64,000 nucleotides of DNA from Burkholderiaceae bacterium (GCA_035254005.1 DATFBD010000140.1:769-64768), one strand, 5' to 3'; shown: positions 50,252 to 60,401, numbered from the stretch's first letter. A program made the numbers and translations. Notes: generated from the letters alone by a model not told the origin.

Positions 50252-51529
50252 TTAATCGAGCGGCACGTTGCGGTAGCGGTTCACGTCCTGTCCCGCCACA
50301 GGCGGGGCGTTGTTGCCCCACGCGCTGCGCAGGTAGGAGACCACGGCCGCCACTTCCGTGTCATTGAGCACATGGCCGAACGGCGGCATGCCGTAGGGGC
50401 GCGGATTGCCGGCCGTGCCGGGCGCGAAGCCGCCATTGAGCACGATGCGGATCGGGTTCACGGCTTCCTCCATCGTCAGCGCGCGATTGCCGGCCAGCGG
50501 CGGTACGCCGGGCGGCAAGCCCTTGCCGTTGGCGCCGTGGCAGTCCACGCAATGGTTGTTGTACAGCCGCGCGCCGGCCTGCAGGAATTCCTTGGCCTGG
50601 GCTGACGTGTCGCGCTCGAAATCCGATTTCTCCGCCGCGCCGGGCAAGGCCCGCAGGTAGACCGTCATTGCGTGGATGTCAGCGTCGTCCAGGTGCTGCA
50701 GGCTTTGCCGCACCACTTCGGCCATCGGGCCGAACACGGTGGCGCGCGGCGATACGCCCGTCTTCAGCAGCGCCGCCACATCCCCCGGTTTCCATTCGCC
50801 CAATCCCGCCTCCGCGTCGGCCGTCAACGAGGGCGCGTACCAGCCCAGCACGGGGATCATGCCGCCCGACAGCGTGTCGCTGGTGGCGCCCAGCGTATTG
50901 CGCTCGCTGTGGCAGGCCGCGCAATGGCCCAGGCCTTCGACCAGGTAGGCGCCCCGGTTCCAGTCGGCCGACTGCGTGGCCTGCGGGCGGAACACGGCCG
51001 GCTTGAAGTACAGCGTGCGCCACAGGGCCAGCATGACTTGCTGGTTGTACGGGAAGCGCAACTGGTGCGGGCGGTTCGGCTGGTGCGCGGCCGGTACGCT
51101 CTGGAAGTAGGCGTACAGCGCGTCGGCGTCGTCGCGTGACACCTTGGTGTAGTTCGTGTACGGGAAGGCCGGATAGAGCAGGCGGCCATCCTTCGATTTC
51201 CCGTTGTGCAGCGCGCGCCAGAAGTCGTCCGCGCTCCAGGCGCCGATTCCCGTTTCGCGGTCGGACGTGATGTTGGGCGTGACCATGGTGCCGAACGGCG
51301 TCGGCAACGCGCGCCCGCCCGCGTAAGGCGCGCCGCCGCGCGTGGTGTGGCAGGCCATGCAGTCGCCGGCGCGGGCCAGGTAGGCGCCGCGCGCCACGCG
51401 CTCGGCTGGCGCCTGCGCGGCCGTGGCGGTGGGCGGCGGGCCGGCGTCGTCGGTGGGCCACAGGGCGATGGCGAGCACGGTGGCCAGCAGCGCGCCGGCG
51501 CCGGCCAGGATGGGTGTGAGTTTCTTCAT
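50252..51529 (-). CDS. Trihaem cytochrome c (membrane dehydrogenase cytochrome subunit type)
   Basis: CMACH, CAACH, CVDCH; LYPAFPY; ATG at 51529. Confidence 0.9.
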   Translation of the reverse strand: MKKLTPILAGAGALLATVLAIALWPTDDAGPPPTATAAQAPAERVARGAYLARAGDCMACHTTRGGAPYAGGRALPTPFGTMVTPNITSDRETGIGAWSADDFWRALHNGKSKDGRLLYPAFPYTNYTKVSRDDADALYAYFQSVPAAHQPNRPHQLRFPYNQQVMLALWRTLYFKPAVFRPQATQSADWNRGAYLVEGLGHCAACHSERNTLGATSDTLSGGMIPVLGWYAPSLTADAEAGLGEWKPGDVAALLKTGVSPRATVFGPMAEVVRQSLQHLDDADIHAMTVYLRALPGAAEKSDFERDTSAQAKEFLQAGARLYNNHCVDCHGANGKGLPPGVPPLAGNRALTMEEAVNPIRIVLNGGFAPGTAGNPRPYGMPPFGHVLNDTEVAAVVSYLRSAWGNNAPPVAGQDVNRYRNVPLD

Positions 51530-51533
51530 GGGG

Positions 51534-52259
51534 TCATGGGGCCGGCACGCTGCCGCACTGGAGCGGCAGCGGCCTGGCGAGGGTGGTGGCGGTGGCGGGG
51601 CGGACGGCGGCATCGGCTTGCTGGCTGGCCAGCCAGGACGAGACGGCGGCCACGTCGGCGTCCGACAGGCGGCTGGTGATCTCGGCCATGCAGTCGGGCG
51701 TGGCGGCGCGGCGCACCTTGTTGCGCCAGGCGCCGAATTGGGCGTTGATGTAATCGTGCGGCAGGCCGACCAGGCCGGGAATGGCGGGCGCCACGCCGGT
51801 CAGCCGCTCGCCGTGGCAGGCCACGCAGGCCGGGATCTTTTTCGCCGGGTCGCCATGGCGCACCAGCGTGCGGCCCCGTTCCAGCGTGGTGGCGCTGGCG
51901 GTGCTGGTCTCAGGCGCAGGATAGGGTGGATGCTGTTCGGAGAAGTATTGCGCGATCTCGCGCAGGTAGTCGTCCGACAGGTGCTCCACCATGTAGGTCA
52001 TCATGGGATAGCGGCGCCGGCCTTCGCGGAAGTTGCGCAGCTGGTTGTAGAGGTAGCCGGCCGGCTTGCCGGCGATGCGCGGGAAGAAGGCGTCGCCGCG
52101 CTCTTTCATGGTGTGGCAGGCGGTGCAGGCGGCCACGCGCTGTTCCAGCGTATCGGGCAGCGCAGCGGGCGTGGCGGCGTGCGCCGCCGGCGCCAGCACC
52201 GCGCACGACAGCGCCAGCGCCAGTGCGGTGAGTGGTGCCACGGTCAAGGATTTGGGCAT
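51534..52259 (-). CDS. Dihaem cytochrome c4/c553
   Basis: Signal peptide, CTACH, CVACH, PRIAGK. Confidence 0.9.
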   Translation of the reverse strand: MPKSLTVAPLTALALALSCAVLAPAAHAATPAALPDTLEQRVAACTACHTMKERGDAFFPRIAGKPAGYLYNQLRNFREGRRRYPMMTYMVEHLSDDYLREIAQYFSEQHPPYPAPETSTASATTLERGRTLVRHGDPAKKIPACVACHGERLTGVAPAIPGLVGLPHDYINAQFGAWRNKVRRAATPDCMAEITSRLSDADVAAVSSWLASQQADAAVRPATATTLARPLPLQCGSVPAP

Positions 52260-52275
52260 GAGCTTTACCGAGTAT

Positions 52276-52351
52276 CAGGAAAATGCGCAGGAAAATGCGC
52301 AGAAAAAATGCGCAGGAAAACACCGCAGCGAAACGCCGCAGCAAAACGCCG
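52276..52351. repeat. 12-13 bp degenerate tandem repeat, six units
   Basis: CAGGAAAATGCG x2, CAGAAAAAATGCG, CAGGAAAACACCG, CAGCGAAACGCCG, CAGCAAAACGCCG. Confidence 0.75.
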
Positions 52352-52453
52352 CGTGCAAGTTTGGCGGTTTGGCAAGCATATACCGTGCTGCCGAATAATG
52401 ACAGACGCAGTGCCGCAATGTGGGCGAGCGTGTGGGCAGCGGCGCGCCTGCGT

Positions 52454-53227
52454 TCAGTGCTTGCCGGTCTGGTCGTGCGTTGTGGCGGGGGCGTTCGTGG
52501 CCGTGCTTGCAGGCGCGGTTGCCGATGCGGGAACTGTGGCGGGTGCCGGGGCCGGCGCGGCGGCGGGCCGGCGGTTGCCCGGCCGGTGCTGGCGTGGCGG
52601 CTTGGGCGGCTTGAAGGGCGGGATCTTGCCGCCGTGCGCGATCCAGTGGCGGAAGATGCGCAGCGCCACCTGGGCGTCATCGGCCGCGTACAGGATCTGC
52701 TTTTCGTTCAGGCGCGGACTGGCCCAGTTGGTGGTGGAGATTTTCTTCGACTTCTGCAGCTTCTGGCCGAAGAACTTGGCCACCGCCGTCTTGGCGCCCA
52801 GGTCGTTGCGCTGGCCCGGCGTGCGCAGGGCGACCGAGAGGTCAAGCACCTTCACGGCCAGGATCTCCAGTTTCGCGTGCAGACGCTTGACGTCGTCGGA
52901 CAGGCCGAAGCCGACCTTGATGGTCTGTTCCGATTCCAGGATGGCCTTGAGCACCTCAAGCACCTCGCGCGCCGGATGGGCGCCGATGGGGAACAGGTAG
53001 GCGATGCGGTCCGTGGCCAGCTGGATCAGGTGCGGCCCGGTCGATTTTTCGCCCTTGAGGAAGGTGGGCTTGGATTCCGTGTCGAAGCCGATGGCATCCG
53101 AGGCCAGCAGGTCGGCGCACGCCGCCTCGGCTTGCGCCGGCGTGGTGACCACGCGCACGTCGCGCAGCGCGATGCCCTGGTAGGGCGGCAGTTCAGGCGC
53201 GTCGGCCGGCTCGGCTTCCGGGATCAA
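52454..53227 (-). CDS. 3'-5' exonuclease, DEDDy (WRN/RNase D-like)
   Basis: IGFDTESKP, LIQLA, STTNW, YAADDA. Confidence 0.88.
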   Translation of the reverse strand: MIPEAEPADAPELPPYQGIALRDVRVVTTPAQAEAACADLLASDAIGFDTESKPTFLKGEKSTGPHLIQLATDRIAYLFPIGAHPAREVLEVLKAILESEQTIKVGFGLSDDVKRLHAKLEILAVKVLDLSVALRTPGQRNDLGAKTAVAKFFGQKLQKSKKISTTNWASPRLNEKQILYAADDAQVALRIFRHWIAHGGKIPPFKPPKPPRQHRPGNRRPAAAPAPAPATVPASATAPASTATNAPATTHDQTGKH

Positions 53228-53228
53228 C

Positions 53229-53708
53229 TCAACCCTTGCGCGAGAATTTCGCGGTCAGCTGCTGGAGCTTTTCGGCGCGCGCGCGGGCTGCTTCCTCGGC
53301 GGCGGCGGCGGCCCGTTCGGCCTTCTTGCGTTCCGCTTCCTTCTTGAAGCGCTCCTGCAGCACCTGGGTGGCGTGGGCGCGGTGGGTATCCGTCACCTCG
53401 GCGCCGGCGGTGCCGTCGAGGTCGTAGCGCACCTTGGCTTTTTCCATCACTTTCAGGTAGCGCAGCGAGCCCGTGTGAATGCCCAGCGCGGTGCGCATGG
53501 TCTTGCGGTCCAGGTCGGGCATGCGCGCCAGCAGTTGCTTGTCGATGCCGATGGACAGTGGCAGGCAATCGCGGAAGGCCGGGAATTCCGCTTGCAGCTT
53601 TTTCAGCAGGCTGCGCGGAGACAGCGCCGGCGCGGGCGCGGTGGCGGTCGTGGCGGCGGTCGTTTCAACGTCGCCGGCTGGCGGCTGGGGGGTGAGGCTA
53701 GTGTTCAT
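53229..53708 (-). CDS. proQ: ProQ/FinO family RNA chaperone (single domain)
   Basis: PLSIGIDKQL, SLRYLK, RYDLDG; ATG at 53708. Confidence 0.85.
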   Translation of the reverse strand: MNTSLTPQPPAGDVETTAATTATAPAPALSPRSLLKKLQAEFPAFRDCLPLSIGIDKQLLARMPDLDRKTMRTALGIHTGSLRYLKVMEKAKVRYDLDGTAGAEVTDTHRAHATQVLQERFKKEAERKKAERAAAAAEEAARARAEKLQQLTAKFSRKG

Positions 53709-53854
53709 CGAATCATAGGTTGTAGCAAGAGGCGCCAGCATATCATGCGTGCCCCATCAATGCAGTGCCTTTTAAGTCATCATATCATTTTGACCACGAT
53801 TTTCATGCGGCCCGGGCAGGTGCTTTTGCGCGCCAAACCTTGTATAATGACTGA

Positions 53855-54057
53855 CGCACCAAATGCAGGGTGGTGCGATTTCAGTTTGGTACAGGAAGAT
53901 TTAACAGGGCGCTGGCCCTTGTTATGTGGTTTTTAGATAGCGGATATTTGATTTATCAATTATCTTGATGTCTCGCGATACGGCATAATTTGCCCTCTCC
54001 TCTATTCTTCACTGAAAAATAGACAGAAGCCCGTTGATCAGGTAGCGGGCTTTTTTT
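53855..54057 (+). ncRNA. Candidate structured small RNA or attenuating leader
   Basis: TATAAT at 53843-53848, several hairpins, CCCTCTCCTCT anti-SD-like motif, intrinsic terminator; ends approximate. Confidence 0.5.
54027..54057 (+). terminator. Intrinsic terminator upstream of the rpoD-type gene
   Basis: AAGCCCGTT...AGCGGGCTTTTTTT. Confidence 0.82.
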
Positions 54058-54178
54058 ATTCCGCAGCTTCATCGTCAACTTTTATACAACATTGCACAGC
54101 CAGGCGGACCGCATGCGGTGAGCGCCGGCCAATGGCATTGGAGTATGGGCCCATGGGTCTCGCATAGAGAGAAATTTA

Positions 54179-56683
54179 ATGACAAAAACGCCGAAAACTT
54201 TAACGTTGTCCGTCAAGGCTTCCCGTACCAGCTCCGCGCCGCTGGTGGTGCCGAAGACGACTTTATCTTATGTCATCGAGAATGCGCAAGAGGCAGCGGG
54301 CAAAGTAACGGTCGTTAAGAAAAAGAGTTCGCGCCTGGCCGCCGTGGCCGCCGCTGAAGCGGCCGCCGCCGTTGAGACCGGCGCCGAAGCGGGCGTGGCA
54401 GCGGAAGCGCCGGCCAAGGCCCCGACAGTGAAAGTGGCCCGCAAGGCCGGCGCCGCCTCGGCCGCCGTGTCGCTGGCCGCGCCAGCCGGTCCCAAACCAG
54501 CGGCCGCGCCAAAATCGAAGCTGGTCAAGGCCAAGGCCGAACCGGCGCCGGTGGTGATCGTGACGGCCGGCCCGGCCGTGAGCCAGGTGACGGACGCGGC
54601 CACGCTGGCCTCGATCGACACTTCCGGCTACCTGTTGCCGAGCGTGAAGGTGCCGGGCCGCCGTGGCCGCAAGCCGAGCGAGTTCACCCCGGAAAACGAT
54701 GAAGTGGCGGCACTGAACGCTGTTGAGCGCGCCGAACTGAAAGCCGTCTCCAAGGCCCGCGAGCGCAAGGCCAAGGGTGGCGCCGACCTGCTGGGCATGG
54801 ACCCGAAAGCGTCGGCCGAGGACCTGGAGCGCCGCCGCCAGCAGATCAAGAACCTGATCAACATGGGCAAGGAGCGCGGCTTCCTGACCTATGCCGAGAT
54901 CAACGACCAGCTGCCCGAGAACATCATCGATCCGGAAGCGATAGAAGGCATCATCGCCACCTTCAACGACATGGGCATCGCCATCTACGAGCGCGCGCCC
55001 GACGCCGAATCGCTGCTGCTGACCGACAGCGTGGCCACCGTCACCAGCGACGACGAAGTGGAGGCGGCCGCCGCCACGGCGCTGTCGACCGTCGATTCCG
55101 ACTTCGGCCGTACCACCGACCCGGTGCGCATGTACATGCGTGAAATGGGCGCTGTGGCGCTGCTGACGCGCGAAGGCGAGATCGAGATCGCCAAGCGTAT
55201 CGAAGGCGGCTTGAAGGACATGATCCAGGCCATCTCCGCCTGCCCGACCACGATCGCCGAGATCGTGGCGCTGGCCAAGAAGATCGAAGCGGACGAAATG
55301 AAGGTCGATGAAGTGGTGGATGGTTTCGTCGACCTCAATGAAGCCAACAACGCGCCGGCCGTCAGCACGGCCGCCGCCGCCGCGTCGGACGATGAGGACG
55401 AAGAGGAAGTCGAAGAAGAGGAAGAAGATGGCGACGCCAATGGCGGCGCGGCCGGCTTCTCGACCGAACAGCTGGTGCAGCTGAAGAAGGCGGCGCTGGA
55501 AAAATTCGCCGTCATCTCGGCCCAGTACGACAAGATGCGCAAGGCCAGCGGCGGCTACGGCTCCAAGGGTTACCTGGCGGCGCAGGAAGCCATCTCCAAC
55601 GAACTGCTGGGCATCCGCTTCACGGCCAAGGTGGTCGAGAAGCTGTGCGACACGCTGCGCGGCCAGATGGAAGAAGTGCGCCACATCGAGCGCGCCGTGC
55701 TGGAGCTGTGCGTGAACAAGTGCGGCATGCCGCGCGCCCACTTCATCAAGGTCTTCCCCGGCAACGAGTGCGACCTGGACTGGGTGGACCTGGAAGTCGA
55801 TTGCGCTTATCCCTACAGCGCCGTGCTGGGCCGTAACGTGCCGGCCGTGAAAGAGCTGCAGAAGAAGATGATCGACCTGCAGGCGCGCGTGGCGCTGCCG
55901 CTGGCCGACCTGCGCAAGATCAACAAGCAGATGGCGGCCGGCGAGAAGCGCGCCCGCCAGGCCAAGCGTGAAATGACGGTGGCCAACCTGCGCCTGGTGA
56001 TCTCGATCGCGAAGAAGTACATCAACCGCGGCCTGCAGTTCCTCGACCTGATCCAGGAAGGCAACATCGGCCTGCTGAAGGCGGTCGACAAGTTCGAATA
56101 CCGCCGCGGCTACAAGTTCTCGACTTACGCCACGTGGTGGATCCGCCAGGCCATCACCCGCTCCATCGCCGACATGGCGCGCACCATCCGGGTGCCGGTG
56201 CACATGATCGAGACGATCAACAAGATGAACCGCATCTCGCGCCAGATCATGCAGGAAACGGGTAGCGAACCGGACCTGGCGACGCTGGCCGTCAAGATGG
56301 AAATGCCGGAAAACAAGGTGCGCGAAATCATGAAGATCGCCAAGGAGCCGATCTCGATGGAAACGCCGATGGGCGAGGATGGCGATTCGCAGCTGGGCGA
56401 CTTCATTGAAGACAACACCACGCTGGCGCCGCTGGACGCCGCGCTGCATGCCTCGATGCGCAACGTGATCAAGGAAGTGCTGGACTCGCTCACGCCGCGC
56501 GAAGCGAAAGTGCTGCGCATGCGCTACGGCGTGGAAATGTCGAACGACCACACGCTGGAAGAAGTGGGCAAGCAGTTCGACGTGACGCGCGAGCGGATCC
56601 GCCAGATCGAAGCGAAGGCCATGAGCAAGCTGCGCCAGCCGTCCCGTTCGGACAAGCTGAAGACCTTCCTGACCACGCACTAA
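54179..56683 (+). CDS. rpoD: RpoD-type sigma70 factor with long Ala/Lys-rich N-terminal extension
   Basis: [62 protein letters not shown]; not preceded by dnaG. Confidence 0.92.
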   Translation: MTKTPKTLTLSVKASRTSSAPLVVPKTTLSYVIENAQEAAGKVTVVKKKSSRLAAVAAAEAAAAVETGAEAGVAAEAPAKAPTVKVARKAGAASAAVSLAAPAGPKPAAAPKSKLVKAKAEPAPVVIVTAGPAVSQVTDAATLASIDTSGYLLPSVKVPGRRGRKPSEFTPENDEVAALNAVERAELKAVSKARERKAKGGADLLGMDPKASAEDLERRRQQIKNLINMGKERGFLTYAEINDQLPENIIDPEAIEGIIATFNDMGIAIYERAPDAESLLLTDSVATVTSDDEVEAAAATALSTVDSDFGRTTDPVRMYMREMGAVALLTREGEIEIAKRIEGGLKDMIQAISACPTTIAEIVALAKKIEADEMKVDEVVDGFVDLNEANNAPAVSTAAAAASDDEDEEEVEEEEEDGDANGGAAGFSTEQLVQLKKAALEKFAVISAQYDKMRKASGGYGSKGYLAAQEAISNELLGIRFTAKVVEKLCDTLRGQMEEVRHIERAVLELCVNKCGMPRAHFIKVFPGNECDLDWVDLEVDCAYPYSAVLGRNVPAVKELQKKMIDLQARVALPLADLRKINKQMAAGEKRARQAKREMTVANLRLVISIAKKYINRGLQFLDLIQEGNIGLLKAVDKFEYRRGYKFSTYATWWIRQAITRSIADMARTIRVPVHMIETINKMNRISRQIMQETGSEPDLATLAVKMEMPENKVREIMKIAKEPISMETPMGEDGDSQLGDFIEDNTTLAPLDAALHASMRNVIKEVLDSLTPREAKVLRMRYGVEMSNDHTLEEVGKQFDVTRERIRQIEAKAMSKLRQPSRSDKLKTFLTTH

Positions 56684-56701
56684 GCGCGGCCAGCGACACC
56701 G

Positions 56702-56775
56702 AAAACCGGGGTCAGGTCATGCCAATAAGCAAGATGCGCGCATCTTGCTTACTGGTATGACCTGACCCCGGTTTT
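56702..56775. repeat. REP-like long palindrome, family A copy 5
   Basis: AAAACCGGGGTCAGGTCATGCCAATAAGCAAGATGC...GCATCTTGCTTACTGGTATGACCTGACCCCGGTTTT. Confidence 0.9.
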
Positions 56776-58086
56776 GTTTGCGAATACGGCCAAGGCGAGC
56801 AGCGACAGCAGCGCGGCCGCGCCGAAGGTCCAGGCCGGGTCGACGCTCCACAGCGCCCCCGCCAGCAGCGAGGCGGGCAAGTACAGCGCGCCCGTCACGA
56901 AGCTGTAGATGCCGATGGCCGAGGCGCGTCGCTCCGGTTCCAGATCGGCCACCCAGGCCTTGCTCTGGGCTTCGTCGATGGCGTAGAACAGGCCGTAGAC
57001 GCCGAACGCGGCCACCAGCTCCCACTTGCCATGGGCCAGCGCCAGCCATACGTTGAGCAGGCCATACAGCAGGTAGCCCAGCATGATCACGCGGCGGCGG
57101 CCGATGCGGTCGCCCAGCCGGCCCATCGCGGGCGCGGCCAGCACGCAGGTGATGTTGAAGAGGGCGTACAGCAGCACGATCTCGGTCACCCCAAAGCCTA
57201 CCTCATGCGCCTTGAGCAGCAGGAAGCCCAGGCTGTAGTAGGCCAGCGCGAACAGCCCGCCCGGCAGCAGGAAGCGCTTGAAGCCGGGACTGAGCGCGTG
57301 CCAGTTCTGCCACACGCTTTCGCGTGCGTGGGGCGCGGCGGCCTGCTCGTCCACCGTGACCAGCACGATCACGCTGACGACGGCCGGCACCACGGCCACC
57401 CAGAACAGTAGCCGGTAAGCGTGATCCGATTCGCCCAGCCAGGTGAGCAGCGCCCACGCCAGCAACGGGCCGACCACGGCGCCCGACTTGTCCAGCGCCT
57501 TGTGCACGCCGAACGCATAGCCGCGCCGTTCGGGCGTGGCGATGGCGGCCAGCCAGGCGTCGCGCGGCGGGCCGCGGAAGCTTTTGCCCAGCCGTTCGAT
57601 CACGCGGAACAGGGCCAGGCCCGTGATGGCGGTGCTCACCAGCAGGATGGTCTTGGCCAGCGTGGAGAAGCCGTAGCCGGCCACCACCAGCACCTTGCGG
57701 CGGCCGCCACGGTCGGACAGCCAGCCTGACAGGTAGTTGAGCGAGGCGGAGGAGAAATCGGCCAGTCCTTCGATCAGTCCCAGCAGCGAACTGGAGGCGC
57801 CGGCCACGGTGGTGAAGAAGATGGCAAACACGGAGAAGATCATCTCCGAACTGAGGTCGGTCAGGAAGCTGACCAGGCCCAGCTTGAGGATGTCGGGATG
57901 CAGGCCGCGCCAGCCGGCCGACGCGGCGCGCTCCGGCGCGGACGCTGGCCCCGGCTCAGGTGCCGCTGCCGCTGCCGCCGGCGGCAGCGCGCCGCTGGCG
58001 TCGTCCGGCATCATCGCGCCGCCGGCATGGTCCGGCGTCGGCATCGGCGGTGCGGTGTCAGGGCGCTCCGGCATCGCTGGCGGCAT
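56749..58086 (-). CDS. MFS transporter
   Basis: VSFLTDLSSEMI, GWLSDRGGRRK, RLGKSFRGPPRDA, GRLGDRIGRR; true start may lie at 58074-58011. Confidence 0.88.
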   Translation of the reverse strand: MPPAMPERPDTAPPMPTPDHAGGAMMPDDASGALPPAAAAAAPEPGPASAPERAASAGWRGLHPDILKLGLVSFLTDLSSEMIFSVFAIFFTTVAGASSSLLGLIEGLADFSSASLNYLSGWLSDRGGRRKVLVVAGYGFSTLAKTILLVSTAITGLALFRVIERLGKSFRGPPRDAWLAAIATPERRGYAFGVHKALDKSGAVVGPLLAWALLTWLGESDHAYRLLFWVAVVPAVVSVIVLVTVDEQAAAPHARESVWQNWHALSPGFKRFLLPGGLFALAYYSLGFLLLKAHEVGFGVTEIVLLYALFNITCVLAAPAMGRLGDRIGRRRVIMLGYLLYGLLNVWLALAHGKWELVAAFGVYGLFYAIDEAQSKAWVADLEPERRASAIGIYSFVTGALYLPASLLAGALWSVDPAWTFGAAALLSLLALAVFANKTGVRSYQ

Positions 58087-58828
58087 GCGGTTTGAGGGCG
58101 GCCGCGGCGGTCAATCGGCCTTCGAGCGCGCGCACGTCGAACGCGCTGCCGGTGCGGGTGCCGTCCGCGAAGTAGACGGTGGGCGTGCCGATCACGTGCA
58201 GCTTCTTGCCCAGTGCCAGCACCTGCTCGTGCGGCGCCGTGCAGCCGGCCGGCGCGGCGGGGGCGGCCTTGCTGTCCTCTATCCATGCCCGCCACGCCTG
58301 CGCGCGGTCGGTGGCGCACCAGATGTTGCGCGACTTGACGGCCGAATCGTCGGACAGGATGTCGAGCAGGAAGGTGTAGATGGTGACGTTGTCGATGTTC
58401 TTGAGCGTCTGGTGCAGCTTGCGGCAGTACGGGCAGTTGGGGTCTTCGAACACGGCCATCACGCGCTGGCCGTCGCCGCGCACGGTCTTGATGGCCGCTT
58501 CCAGCGGCAGGTCGGCGAAGCGGATCGTGGCCAGCTGGTCGGCGCGGGCGCGCGTCAGGTCCTGGTAGGTGGTGGTGTCGACCACCTTGCCGACGAACAG
58601 GTACTTGGCGTTTTCGTCCGTGTAGAACACGTCGCCGTTGGTGCGCACCTCGTACAGGCCGCCATACGGCGTCTTGCTCACGCCATCGACCTTGATGTTG
58701 ATACCCATGCGTGGCTCGATCAGGGCATGGATGCGCGCTTCGGTGGGCGTTTCCGCGCTGGCCTGGGCCAGCACCGGCTGGGTGGTGGCCAACACCAATG
58801 CTGCCGACAGCGCTAACGTGTGCTTCAT
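58058..58828 (-). CDS. dsbC: Disulfide isomerase DsbC
   Basis: Signal peptide, GLYEV dimerisation domain, FEDPNCPYC, GTPT. Confidence 0.9.
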   Translation of the reverse strand: MKHTLALSAALVLATTQPVLAQASAETPTEARIHALIEPRMGINIKVDGVSKTPYGGLYEVRTNGDVFYTDENAKYLFVGKVVDTTTYQDLTRARADQLATIRFADLPLEAAIKTVRGDGQRVMAVFEDPNCPYCRKLHQTLKNIDNVTIYTFLLDILSDDSAVKSRNIWCATDRAQAWRAWIEDSKAAPAAPAGCTAPHEQVLALGKKLHVIGTPTVYFADGTRTGSAFDVRALEGRLTAAAALKPHAASDAGAP

Positions 58829-58848
58829 CTTCTATCCTCGTGGTGTGG

Positions 58849-59841
58849 TCATTCGATGCCGCTGGCGCGCGCGCGCAGGCGCTCGCCCGCAGTGGGGAAC
58901 AGTTCGGTGCGCAGCGCTTCGAGCTTGCGGCGGCGCGCGTCGCCAGGACTGGCGGCGTCCCCTTGCAGCTGGCTGACGGCGGCGCGGTAGCGTGCGTAAT
59001 GCGCGCGCCACTGCCGTTCTTCGGCGGCGGCCGTTTCGTAGGAGCGGGTGGCATCGCGGGCAACCTCGGCCAGTTCGGCGTCGCGCGCGGCTTGTTCGGT
59101 GGCGCCGTGCAGGCGTTGCTGGCGCAGCGTGTTGGAGTCCGGTTCGGCGTCCGTTGCGCCGCCGGAACCGGGGCGGCCGCCACGGCTGGCGGCGGCGTCC
59201 GTGCCGGCGTCGCGCGCACGCAGTTCGGCCACCGCGTCGGCCAGCACGTCATCGTCGTCACCGAACCAGGCGCGCTGCAGGGGCGCCGGGAAGCTTTGCT
59301 GGCGCAGCCGCGCGCGCTGCGCCTGCCAGGTGGCCAGCCGTTCCGTTTGCTGGGCGTCGGGCACGGCGCCGGGCGCCAGCGTGAGTTGCTGGCGCGCCAG
59401 CAAGTCGTCGTGGGCGCGGATGTAGGCCACATACGGCGCCAGCAGCGCTTCGGCCTGGGCGGCGGCGCTGGCGGGCAGGCGCTGCTTCAGGTAGGCGCGC
59501 AGTTGCGCGGCGCGCGCCGCCAGGTCGGCGCCGTCGCCGCGGATCAGGAAATAGTCGAAGCTGGCGCGCAGCTGGCGGTTGGCCACCAGTTGGCCATTGC
59601 TGCCGATGGTGAAGCCGTCCGGCGGCAGTTCGTCGGTATCGACCTCGGGCGCCGCGTTGCGGGGCATGGCGGCCAGCGTGCCGGGGCCGATGGCGCCATT
59701 CCACGCGGCCGGGGCCGGGGGCGCGCCGCTGGCGACGGGCGCGTCGGCCGGCGTGCCGGCCTGCCAGTACCAGATCAGGCCGGCGCTGGCCAGTGCGGCG
59801 GCCACGTAGCCACCCTGGCGGAGATAGGAAGTGAGGTGCAT
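58849..59841 (-). CDS. Lipase-specific foldase (Lif/LipB)-like chaperone
   Basis: N-terminal TM anchor and Pro/Ala linker, RASFDYFL matching RxxFDY(F/C)L, RAWFGDD, LRTELF..ERLRA; ATG at 59841. Confidence 0.8.
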   Translation of the reverse strand: MHLTSYLRQGGYVAAALASAGLIWYWQAGTPADAPVASGAPPAPAAWNGAIGPGTLAAMPRNAAPEVDTDELPPDGFTIGSNGQLVANRQLRASFDYFLIRGDGADLAARAAQLRAYLKQRLPASAAAQAEALLAPYVAYIRAHDDLLARQQLTLAPGAVPDAQQTERLATWQAQRARLRQQSFPAPLQRAWFGDDDDVLADAVAELRARDAGTDAAASRGGRPGSGGATDAEPDSNTLRQQRLHGATEQAARDAELAEVARDATRSYETAAAEERQWRAHYARYRAAVSQLQGDAASPGDARRRKLEALRTELFPTAGERLRARASGIE

Positions 59842-59870
59842 GGACGGCTGGCCGCGGCGGGGCGCGCGGC

Positions 59871-60401
59871 TCAGATCTTCTTGTCGACGGCCGGCGGGCC
59901 CGGTTCGGCGCCTGGCACGGCCTTGGCGCCGGCTTGCACCGGCGCGGCGTAGCGGGTCACCACCTGCCAGCCCTTGTCGCCCTGTTTCCAGGTGTCGATC
60001 ACGAACACTTGCCGGGGCAGGGGCGAGGTCTTGGGCACGTCCAGTTTCCACAGGAAGCTGACCACCATCAGCGGGCCATATTCATGCACGGCCATCTGTT
60101 CGATGCGCGATTCGAACGGCGCGCCGGATTGCGCCTGCTTGAGCCATTCGGCGCGGGCCGTGGGGCGGCCGGGGGCGGCCGATGTGCGTAGTTCGAAATT
60201 GTCGGCCACCAGCCGGTTCAGGGTGTCCGTGTCGTGCTGGCGGATGGCTTGCAGCCAGTCCTCTTCCAGCTCGGAGAATTGTTTCACCGTCAGCGTCACG
60301 GTGGGAACGATGCGCTTTTGCGCTTCGGCGGCCAGCGCGGGCGCGGCGGCCAGGGACAGCAGGGTGAGCAATGTCGGCAGCTTCGGCAGGTACTTGGGCA
60401 T
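59871..60401 (-). CDS. Exported NTF2-like (DUF4440) protein
   Basis: Signal peptide, LEEDWLQAI..HD..TL..LVADNF, DTWKQ...WQVVTR; ATG at 60401. Confidence 0.78.
   Translation of the reverse strand: MPKYLPKLPTLLTLLSLAAAPALAAEAQKRIVPTVTLTVKQFSELEEDWLQAIRQHDTDTLNRLVADNFELRTSAAPGRPTARAEWLKQAQSGAPFESRIEQMAVHEYGPLMVVSFLWKLDVPKTSPLPRQVFVIDTWKQGDKGWQVVTRYAAPVQAGAKAVPGAEPGPPAVDKKI

Noticed and set aside
50252-52259. Cytochrome c pair lacking a dehydrogenase partner
   Set aside because: As far as I recall, stand-alone c4 + trihaem pairs are frequent in Burkholderiales, so it is not distinctive on sequence alone
53924-53968. 14-aa ORF MWFLDSGYLIYQLS inside the sRNA candidate
   Set aside because: No well-spaced RBS and too short to support without conservation data
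58849-60051. 400-aa version of the foldase ORF
   Set aside because: The upstream part overlaps the NTF2-like gene; the TM anchor begins right after ATG 59841
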